A DNA stretch of 41,153 bases from Candidatus Zixiibacteriota bacterium (GTDB lineage: Bacteria > Zixibacteria > MSB-5A5 > GN15 > FEB-12), in assembly GCA_024275255.1 (NCBI GenBank), contig JAJRZL010000164.1:1-41153 (forward strand), written 5' to 3'. The notes beneath the pieces are model-generated. The model made no database searches and had not been told where the DNA came from. It saw only the letters and a program-made list of their open reading frames with translations. The position numbers were made by a program, and so were the translations under genes. Of the stretch, positions 26,885 to 34,811 are shown piece after piece. The stretch's first letter is position 1, and every line of letters begins with the position of its first letter.

Positions 26885-27763
26885 TTACTCTTTCTTGATT
26901 TTGTTACCCTCTTCATCATATTCAAAAAATCCCTTTCCTGTTTTCACTCCCAGGTGCCCGGCACGTACCATTTTCCGAAGCAACGGACAAGGATTGTATT
27001 TATGTTCCGACAACTCCCGCAGGAGGTTTTCCATCCATGACATGACTACATCCAGTCCCATCATATCGGCAAGGGTCAGCGGTCCCACGTTAAATCCGAA
27101 TCCGAGTTTCATTGCCCGGTCGATATCTTCAGCAGTAGCTACCCCCTCCATCAATACATGCATTGCTTCATTGAGCAACGGAACAATAATCCGGGTAGTA
27201 ACATAACCGGGATATTCATTGACCGTGATATATTCTTTGTTGAGCAACTGGGCGAAGGCAACCGCTTTCTCGAATGTTTCCTCATCGGTTTTCAATCCTT
27301 TCACAATCTCAACCAAGGGGATTTTGGTAACCGGGTTGAGAAAATGCATACCGATGATTTTTTCCGGTCGTTCTGTGGCGGCGGCAATCTCGGAAATGGA
27401 AATAGTCCCGGTATTCGTAATCAGCAAACAATCAGGCGGACAAAGTGAATCCAGTTTCGCAAATAAGCTCTGTTTCTTCTCAAGATCTTCGGGTATCGCT
27501 TCAATAACAATTTCCGCTTCATCGGCAAGGGTAAGGTCAGAAGATGGTATAATCCGGGCAAGAATTGCCTTTTTGTCCGACTCGGTGAGTCCCCACTTGG
27601 TGATTTCCCTGTCCATAGCCTCGGCAATTCCCCGTACTCCCCGCTCTGCCAGCCTCATCGTTTTATCAATCAGCAAAACCTCATTACCTTCACTGGCAAT
27701 AGCTTCAGCCAACCCCTGCCCCATGACACCGGCACCAATAACTATTATTTTCGGTGTTGCCAT
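26885..27763 (-). CDS. hbd: 3-hydroxybutyryl-CoA / 3-hydroxyacyl-CoA dehydrogenase
   Basis: GAGVMG Rossmann motif, IEAIPE, GMHFLNP...LVE, GPL.LAD.MGLD, G.LG.KTGKGFF. Confidence 0.88.
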   Translation of the reverse strand: MATPKIIVIGAGVMGQGLAEAIASEGNEVLLIDKTMRLAERGVRGIAEAMDREITKWGLTESDKKAILARIIPSSDLTLADEAEIVIEAIPEDLEKKQSLFAKLDSLCPPDCLLITNTGTISISEIAAATERPEKIIGMHFLNPVTKIPLVEIVKGLKTDEETFEKAVAFAQLLNKEYITVNEYPGYVTTRIIVPLLNEAMHVLMEGVATAEDIDRAMKLGFGFNVGPLTLADMMGLDVVMSWMENLLRELSEHKYNPCPLLRKMVRAGHLGVKTGKGFFEYDEEGNKIKKE

Positions 27764-28011
27764 TTATCATATCCTCTTTCAAATAAGAAGTCTCATCTAT
27801 ATGTTAAAGTATCGACAAATATAAATGCTTCTTGGAGTTGAGCAATCGAATTTATATATTATAAGGTAGTTTTTTGGGACATTTGGAAGTCTATTGCGTA
27901 CAAAAATTAAACAATACAGTGTCGAATACAGAGAATTATGCTCTGCTGCAAAGATAATATGTTACGATGAAATACTTTCCCCATGACACTGACTGACAAT
28001 AAGGAGTTTTT

Positions 28012-28677
28012 ATGCGTAGAATAGTGCTGTTGCTTTTCGTCATAACCGCCATACTTGCTGTTTCCCACGGACCGGCACAAGCCCGAATCAGTAAGGTTGC
28101 CCGCAAGTATAATGTCTTCCAGATATACGGTACGTATGCCACCCCTCACGGCAGCTATGACCAACTTGGCTCAGTACCTCTCACCAGCTATATGGGTGCC
28201 CTCAGACAACTCGATGCCGACCTGTTTCTCAATGGTACTTATTCTCTCGGTGTTGATTACGGCACCCTGTATAACAGGCATATTCTGGCAACTATCGGGT
28301 TTCATTTTACCGAGCATAATGTCCAGGACCATATCGAGCTTAGGGTCGATGGCGTATTAGTACGGTACAATTATTATCAGTATGATATCGAGTTCAATAT
28401 GAACTATTACATGCTCGACCTTGCCAACAGCTTCTGGTCACCATATCTCGGAGCCGGTGTTCAGGCCGGTTTGACTTCGTTATCGGTAAAACGGTTCGAT
28501 AACGAGTCCGATATCAAGTTTGCCGCCAGTGTCAATTTCGGCGCTGACTTGAAAATATTCGGAAATAAAAAGGGATTCGTTACCCTGGCATCGATGAATA
28601 ATTATAATTTGTTCGGTTCTGACAACCGTCCCCAATACCTGAATATCGGTATGGCTTTGAGATACTTCTTCCGATAA
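28012..28677 (+). CDS. Outer-membrane beta-barrel protein (OmpA/OmpW-like 8-strand)
   Basis: Signal peptide, SPYLGAGV motif, amphipathic strands, aromatic C-terminus; AAGGAG RBS. Confidence 0.75.
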   Translation: MRRIVLLLFVITAILAVSHGPAQARISKVARKYNVFQIYGTYATPHGSYDQLGSVPLTSYMGALRQLDADLFLNGTYSLGVDYGTLYNRHILATIGFHFTEHNVQDHIELRVDGVLVRYNYYQYDIEFNMNYYMLDLANSFWSPYLGAGVQAGLTSLSVKRFDNESDIKFAASVNFGADLKIFGNKKGFVTLASMNNYNLFGSDNRPQYLNIGMALRYFFR

Positions 28678-28705
28678 AAGGAAAAACGATAACGGAGTGT
28701 ACTAC

Positions 28706-29623
28706 ATGAGACAATACCGTATCCTGGCATTTTTTGCAGTTTTTTCAATAATTGTATTACTCACTTCCTGTGGCGATGACAACCCGCCAAACGGTCCAAC
28801 TCAAAAGACCTCGATAGTTGCTGTCAACGGCTTATATTATAAAGGAACGATGGGAGATAGTACATTCAACCAACCACTCGAATTTACCGTAACTGATGAC
28901 AAGGGGAATCATTTACCCAACCAGCAAATCCTGCTGAGCCTTGTAGAAGGTGATGGAACCCTGGGGTCTTCCAGTATTACCACCGACAGCACCGGCATGG
29001 CAACTTTTTCCTACACCTTTTCCGGCTCACTGGGACACGCGATTGTCCGGCTGACTGTTCCCGATGTTGACACCGTTGATGTCTTTCTCCGGGCAGATGT
29101 CCTTATTCCCGGCGAGCACGGACAAGGGCAATACGTGTTGTTTGATGATGACTATTCCAAGGTGCTGACTTTTAATAATACCCCGGTACGTATCGACACT
29201 ATTGTAGGAGACCATCCTATCATATATGTCAATTATGAATCTTCCCTTGGGGTAGTGGTTATGTTATACGACCAGGATCTCGATAAGACGGTATATGATA
29301 CATCAAGTGTCTATGGCGTAATTGTCAACACAAAATATAACGGGCATACATTAGATTCAGTACCGGTTGGTATAGGGACACCGTTACAAACGATACGTGC
29401 AAACTTCGGTACTCCTGACACATTATATTATGACCCTCCCCGCCCCGAAATAATCATTCGCTATGACTCCCTGCAAACAACATTTTATGGACACTGGGAA
29501 GCTGGATATGGTGATACATTCATCGAAGAAATTCATATCTATGAACAATTTCAATTTCTCACGAACAAATCACATGAGGAAGTTCTACCGGGATTACGGT
29601 TAAGCCATTTTAAGAAGCAATAA
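28706..29623 (+). CDS. Lipoprotein with bacterial Ig-like (Big_1-type) domain
   Basis: Lipobox LTSC; VTDDKGN.LPNQ.I...TTDSTG.A pattern. Confidence 0.7.
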   Translation: MRQYRILAFFAVFSIIVLLTSCGDDNPPNGPTQKTSIVAVNGLYYKGTMGDSTFNQPLEFTVTDDKGNHLPNQQILLSLVEGDGTLGSSSITTDSTGMATFSYTFSGSLGHAIVRLTVPDVDTVDVFLRADVLIPGEHGQGQYVLFDDDYSKVLTFNNTPVRIDTIVGDHPIIYVNYESSLGVVVMLYDQDLDKTVYDTSSVYGVIVNTKYNGHTLDSVPVGIGTPLQTIRANFGTPDTLYYDPPRPEIIIRYDSLQTTFYGHWEAGYGDTFIEEIHIYEQFQFLTNKSHEEVLPGLRLSHFKKQ

Positions 29624-29667
29624 TTGGACGGGCAAATCTCACTGGTGTTAGATATTTAACTCATCAA

Positions 29668-29693
29668 TAGAGCTACTCATTAGAGCTACTCAT
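29668..29693. repeat. Perfect 13-bp tandem duplication
   Basis: TAGAGCTACTCAT x2. Confidence 0.9.
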
Positions 29694-29797
29694 TATTTTA
29701 CGATAGATATCTAAATTCTCCCATTCTTTCAACCTTGACAGGTCTCCGCTCTCCCGATATATTCGCCAAAAGATTCAACGTAAAAGGAAACAGAAAA

Positions 29798-30493
29798 ATG
29801 AAATCATTAATCGTACTTTTCACATTGACGTTTGGTCTTATCATGGTTGGGTGCAGCAACAACCAGGCTGATGATAAAACCAGCAAAACAGAGAAAACCC
29901 AGAAAACATCGATGGGAGATAAGCAAATGGGAGCCGATAAGGCTTATTATGACAGCCTGGCAGCAATACAATACCCGGTACGTGACAAGAAGAACCCGAT
30001 TGTCACAATCAGCACCGACTATGGAAATATGACCCTTGAATTGTGGCGTGATGTTGCCCCGGCTCATGTCGATTCCTTTGTTGCCCGGACTAAGGAAGGA
30101 TTCTACGACAGTCTGACATTTCACCGGGTAATTGATAACTTTATGATTCAGGGCGGTGATCCGAAAGGTAACGGCACCGGGAATGCCGGGTATTTCCTCC
30201 CTGCCGAGTTTTCCAAGGAACCGCATGTTGAAGGAACCCTTTCCATGGCGCGTGGACAAAACCCGAACTCCGCCTCCTGCCAGTTCTTTATCTGCCTGAA
30301 TCGCGCTCAGTTCCTCGATGGCAAGTACACTGTTTTCGGCAAACTGTTAAAGGGATATGACACCCTGCACAAAATCGGGAAAGTGAAATGTATCCCCAGC
30401 CCGGGCGGGCGTGGAGAGGTTTCCACACCGGAAAAACCGGTGTACATGACAAAAGTTTATCTCTCCGATGCCGACGGAAACCCGATAAAATAA
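29798..30493 (+). CDS. Cyclophilin-type peptidyl-prolyl isomerase, lipoprotein
   Basis: FHRVIDNFMIQGGDP, SMAR, QFFI, LDGKYTVFG; lipobox MVGC after ATG 29798. Confidence 0.92.
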   Translation: MKSLIVLFTLTFGLIMVGCSNNQADDKTSKTEKTQKTSMGDKQMGADKAYYDSLAAIQYPVRDKKNPIVTISTDYGNMTLELWRDVAPAHVDSFVARTKEGFYDSLTFHRVIDNFMIQGGDPKGNGTGNAGYFLPAEFSKEPHVEGTLSMARGQNPNSASCQFFICLNRAQFLDGKYTVFGKLLKGYDTLHKIGKVKCIPSPGGRGEVSTPEKPVYMTKVYLSDADGNPIK

Positions 30494-30517
30494 TCTGCAC
30501 CACATGGCAAATATACC

Positions 30518-30548
30518 AGCGGCGGGATACGAACTGTCCCGCCGTTTT
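30518..30548 (+). terminator. Intrinsic terminator after the cyclophilin gene
   Basis: GCGGCGGGATA-CGAAC-TGTCCCGCCGT-TTT. Confidence 0.7.
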
Positions 30549-30607
30549 AATTCAGGCATTTTCCGGAGGGAACACCGTTTTCATAATGCTGTTATACCGG
30601 TATTGAC

Positions 30608-31771
30608 ATGAGTATAAAAAAAGTAGTCATTTTAGGTTCAACCGGTTCTATTGGTCGGGCAACTCTCGATGTTATCAAAAAACATCCGGGGAGATTTGAT
30701 GTTATTGCCCTGGCGGCATACTCAAATGCTGAACTGCTGGCTGAGCAATGTCGACAGTTTCGTCCCAGGTATGCCTGCCTTGCCAATCGAAACCATTCCG
30801 ACACTCTCCGTGCCCTGGTTAACGAACGGAAGACCAAACTCCTGTTTGGCGAGGAGGAACTGGTACACCTGACCTCACTTAATACAGACATCGTTGTTAA
30901 TGCCGTGGTCGGAGCTGCCGGACTGCGGGCATCACTGGCAACCGTGCAAAACGGCAAAACCCTGGCATTGGCAAACAAGGAATCGCTCGTGTCCGGGGGA
31001 CCGTTGTTTCCCGAAATTGTCAAAAAAACCGGCTCTCGTATTCTGCCGATTGATTCCGAGCACTCCGCCTTGTGGCAGGCTCTCTCCTGTGGGAAACCAT
31101 CAGAAATAAAACGCCTGATAATTACCGCCTCGGGGGGACCGTTCCGTACCTTCCCGGCAGAGAAACTTGCCGAAGTTACCCCGGAGCAGGCATTGCAACA
31201 TCCGACCTGGAAAATGGGTTCCAAAATTACGATTGACTCTGCCACTCTTGCCAATAAGGGACTGGAAGTTATTGAAGCGGTTGCGTTGTTTTCGGTTCCC
31301 GTAGAACGGGTTTCGGTGGTAATTCATCCCCAGTCCATTATTCATTCGATGGTGGAATTTATCGACTCCTCAATTATCGCCCAGCTTTCCCAACCGGATA
31401 TGCGTTTGCCGATTACCTATGCCTTGTTCTGGCCCAACCGGGTGGAATCGGATTACGGGCAACTTGATTTGAAAGCATTACACCAACTTACTTTCGAACA
31501 ACCGGATATGAAACGATTCCCGGCTTTGCGGGTAGCATTTGAAGTTGCCCGGTCTGGCGGAACAGCTCCTGCAGTGTTCAATGCTGCCAATGAGGTTGCC
31601 GTAGCGGGATTTTTACGAAAAGCTATTCGGTTTACTGATATAGCCGATATAATATTTGAAGCAGTTGACACAATTCCTGTTGTTTCACAGCCAAAACTTG
31701 ATGATATTCTTGATGCAGACCGCCAGGCACGAGAACTGGCTCAACAGATAGTAGAAAGAAACGTATGTTAG
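30608..31771 (+). CDS. dxr: 1-deoxy-D-xylulose 5-phosphate reductoisomerase
   Basis: LGSTGSIG, ALANKESLV, PIDSEHSA, HPTWKMG.KITIDSAT..NKGLE. Confidence 0.97.
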   Translation: MSIKKVVILGSTGSIGRATLDVIKKHPGRFDVIALAAYSNAELLAEQCRQFRPRYACLANRNHSDTLRALVNERKTKLLFGEEELVHLTSLNTDIVVNAVVGAAGLRASLATVQNGKTLALANKESLVSGGPLFPEIVKKTGSRILPIDSEHSALWQALSCGKPSEIKRLIITASGGPFRTFPAEKLAEVTPEQALQHPTWKMGSKITIDSATLANKGLEVIEAVALFSVPVERVSVVIHPQSIIHSMVEFIDSSIIAQLSQPDMRLPITYALFWPNRVESDYGQLDLKALHQLTFEQPDMKRFPALRVAFEVARSGGTAPAVFNAANEVAVAGFLRKAIRFTDIADIIFEAVDTIPVVSQPKLDDILDADRQARELAQQIVERNVC

Positions 31772-32835
31772 TTAATATTGCATCATTTATTTTTGTCCTT
31801 GGTATCTTAGTTTTTGTCCACGAATTGGGGCATTTCCTCATTGCGAAAAAAGTAGGTATCCGGGTGGAACGGTTTTCCCTTGGATTTCCTCCCAATATCT
31901 TTGCTCGCAAATGGGGTGAAACCACCTATTGTATTGGTATTATCCCTCTCGGTGGATATGTCAAAATGGCCGGCGAACAGCCGAATGAAGAGGCTACCGG
32001 CGCTCCCGACGAGTTTATGTCCAAGACGGTAGGACAACGAATGGCGGTTATTCTTGCCGGTCCGTTTATGAATTACCTGCTGGCTATTTTCCTGTTAATC
32101 GGGGTCGTGTATTTCAATGGTGAGCCGCTTTTCGATGACAGCCGGGTTTTGGTCGGCAACATCAGTAAGGACAGTCCCGCCGAAAAGGCCGGGTTGCAGG
32201 TTGATGACCAAATTATCGCTATTGACGGGGCACCGGTGGAAAACTTTATCGACGCCGCAAAACGTATTCATGCCAAGGTTGAAGAACCGATAGACCTGAC
32301 CTGGGTTCACCAGGGTGAAACACTTCGAGCAACAATCACGACAAAAGCCATGCCGATGCCGAATGCGTCGGGGGGGATAGATACGGTCGGTATTATTGGG
32401 TTCAACCAGAAGGTTGTCGGATATAAAAAATTCGGTGTATTCGAATCTGTCAGCCAGGGATTTCTCTGGGCACATAGCCTCGTCTGGCAGACATTCAAGT
32501 TTATCAAAATGGTCTTTGCCGGTGAGGTCTCCCCGAAAATGATTGGCGGGCCGGTCTTTATTGCGCAACAATCCGGCAAGCAGGCTCGTGCCGGTGGCGC
32601 CAGTTTGTTTGTATTCATGTCACTGCTTTCAGTCAACCTTGCGGTAGTCAATATCCTGCCGATTCCCGTTCTTGATGGCGGGCAGATGGTATTCCTTATT
32701 ATCGAGAAGGTGCTTGGCAAGCCAATTTCCATGAAAGCTCGGATAACTGCTCAACAAGTGGGTATTTTTATCCTGTTAGCATTGGTGTTGTTTGTAACAT
32801 ACAATGATATCTTACGGGTTATCCGGGGATTTTAG
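31765..32835 (+). CDS. rseP: RIP metalloprotease RseP
   Basis: HELGH, PLGGYVKM, AGP..N, PDZ domain, NILPIPVLDGG. Confidence 0.95.
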   Translation: MLVNIASFIFVLGILVFVHELGHFLIAKKVGIRVERFSLGFPPNIFARKWGETTYCIGIIPLGGYVKMAGEQPNEEATGAPDEFMSKTVGQRMAVILAGPFMNYLLAIFLLIGVVYFNGEPLFDDSRVLVGNISKDSPAEKAGLQVDDQIIAIDGAPVENFIDAAKRIHAKVEEPIDLTWVHQGETLRATITTKAMPMPNASGGIDTVGIIGFNQKVVGYKKFGVFESVSQGFLWAHSLVWQTFKFIKMVFAGEVSPKMIGGPVFIAQQSGKQARAGGASLFVFMSLLSVNLAVVNILPIPVLDGGQMVFLIIEKVLGKPISMKARITAQQVGIFILLALVLFVTYNDILRVIRGF

Positions 32836-32938
32836 CATGAACACCTTGTCTTACATACCCAAGAAAAACAAAACATTTTATTTTTATTGCCGGTATAATG
32901 ATATATAAACAGGTACGTGAAGATAACTTACAGGATAA

Positions 32939-33652
32939 GTGAAAAATATGAGCAAGAAGCAGTCAAGCCCGTTTTGGGACAATTTTAAGCAGATAGCATT
33001 CGCCGTTATTATGGCGTTTATTATAAAGACCTCAATCGTTGAGGCATACAAAATCCCCTCTCAATCAATGGAGGATACCCTCCTGGTTGGAGATTTTCTC
33101 CTGGCAAACAAGTTTATCTATGGCGCCCGGTTACCCGTGGTTGGCTGGCAGCTTCCGGCTATCCGTGATCCGAAAGCGGGTGATGTTATTATTTTCATCT
33201 ATCCCGGTGACGGTGTCACCAAGTATATCAAACGTTGTGTGGCAACCGGTGGTGATACGCTTGAGATAAAGGACAAGATTTTATATGTAAACGGGAAAAA
33301 ATTCCCGGAAGCAAAGTATCAGAAATACATCGATCCGAATATTCAACCCCGAAGACCCGGCGGACTTGACAGCAGGGACAATTTTGGTCCTTATGTCGTT
33401 CCTCCCGGTAAATACTTCATGATGGGTGACAACCGCGATAACTCCTACGATTCCCGGTACTGGGGACCGGTCCCCCGACAGAATATCCTCGGCAAAGCAT
33501 TGCTCATTCACTGGTCATGGGATGATTCCATATACCCATCACCAGATGTTTCTGTCGGTGATCCCTTATCGGTACCGCGTGTTTTTGTATTCAATATTGT
33601 GCATTTTTTCCAAAAAGTGCGCTGGCACCGATTATTTCATACGATTTCATAA
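32939..33652 (+). CDS. lepB: Signal peptidase I
   Basis: IPSQSMEDTLLVGD, YIKR, MMGDNRDNSYDSRYWG; start may be ATG 32948. Confidence 0.95.
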   Translation: MKNMSKKQSSPFWDNFKQIAFAVIMAFIIKTSIVEAYKIPSQSMEDTLLVGDFLLANKFIYGARLPVVGWQLPAIRDPKAGDVIIFIYPGDGVTKYIKRCVATGGDTLEIKDKILYVNGKKFPEAKYQKYIDPNIQPRRPGGLDSRDNFGPYVVPPGKYFMMGDNRDNSYDSRYWGPVPRQNILGKALLIHWSWDDSIYPSPDVSVGDPLSVPRVFVFNIVHFFQKVRWHRLFHTIS

Positions 33653-33784
33653 ATAGTATGAAATTGCGAACTGACAGATGCTCATATTGTATAACATCAT
33701 AATAAAAGAACAAAATTAACCATTTGAGAGTCTATGCCGAAAAACATATCAGGAGACATATCTGTCAGAAGAGGAGTAGATTCA

Positions 33785-34504
33785 ATGCAAGTGACCAAAA
33801 GTGTTTTGTTTACCACTATCCTGTTTATCATCCTTTCGTCAGCCGCCTTTGCCGGACCGGCAATTGAAATACCCAATGCCAGCTTTGACTTTGGTAAAGT
33901 TCGTCAACATGCGGTGGTAAGCCACTCGTTTTGGATTAAATCAGTAGGTGATGACACTCTTCATATTACAAAAGTAGTTCCGGGGTGTGGATGCACCAAA
34001 GCACCGCTGGAGGATTCTGTTCTTGCTCCGGGTGACAGCACCCGGCTGGATATCTTTTTCTCCACTCGCTCTTTTCGGGGATATGTAACGAAACGCCCAT
34101 ACCTTGAAACAAACATTAGCGATGAAAAAACATATCTCAAAATCTATGCGCTGCTTTTACCCGAACCGGAAAAAGACACCCCGTTGGTTATCAACCCCAA
34201 CCCGCTTGATATATCCCAGTTTACTGATCTACCCCGTCGAAAAGGTACGTTTCTGATTGAAAACCGTAGCAACCACGATGTAGAGCTCACCCTTATTGAC
34301 TGGGCACGGGATTATTTCGATGTCAAGCTGCCTAAAAAAATAAAAGCCGGCGAAGCGGCTCAGGGAACAGTCACTATTCATAAGGATAAAATCCCCGAAG
34401 AGTTCGAACATTCTTTGACATTCCAAATCAATGACGACAAACAAACCAGATACACCCTTCCCGTAAAACGGGTAGTCCGTATAAAAAAACGTATTGGAAG
34501 CTGA
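33785..34504 (+). CDS. Secreted DUF1573-domain protein
   Basis: Signal peptide, FDFG.V, L.I.KV.PGCGCT..., LAPGDS; GAGGAG RBS before ATG 33785. Confidence 0.75.
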   Translation: MQVTKSVLFTTILFIILSSAAFAGPAIEIPNASFDFGKVRQHAVVSHSFWIKSVGDDTLHITKVVPGCGCTKAPLEDSVLAPGDSTRLDIFFSTRSFRGYVTKRPYLETNISDEKTYLKIYALLLPEPEKDTPLVINPNPLDISQFTDLPRRKGTFLIENRSNHDVELTLIDWARDYFDVKLPKKIKAGEAAQGTVTIHKDKIPEEFEHSLTFQINDDKQTRYTLPVKRVVRIKKRIGS

Positions 34505-34532
34505 CAGAATTATTGCATACAAATAGTCAATG

Positions 34533-34564
34533 AAAAGCCGGTATCTTATGATTCCGGTTTTTTT
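34533..34564 (+). terminator. Intrinsic terminator, possibly bidirectional
   Basis: AAAAGCCGG...CCGGTTTTTTT. Confidence 0.75.
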
Positions 34565-34610
34565 ATAGAGTTTTTCCAATAAATTAACACCCTGTTATTA
34601 GTTTTCGCAG

Positions 34611-34652
34611 GTCGGTGTTCCGAATCCGCCGAAGGCAGATGGGAAACCCGAC
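34611..34652. repeat. Palindromic hairpin (REP-like) between convergent genes
   Basis: GTCGG-TGTTCC..ATCCGCC-GAA-GGCAGAT-GGGAAAC-CCGAC. Confidence 0.5.
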
Positions 34653-34811
34653 ATATTCAAGGTTTACTGTTTATTTATATACAAAAAAATATGTTGGGGT
34701 TTTATTACACTTCCAAAAGCACTTACCCACATTAATTTTCTCAACAAATCTGCTGATTGATGCCCCCATAGAAATAATTACAAATGTACCAAGCTATGTT
34801 CCAACTATCCA

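Noticed and set aside
33975-34000. Possible selenocysteine in the DUF1573 CxC motif or stop read-through elsewhere
   Set aside because: Codons are TGT/TGC; no in-frame TGA/TAG interrupting a recognisable domain was seen
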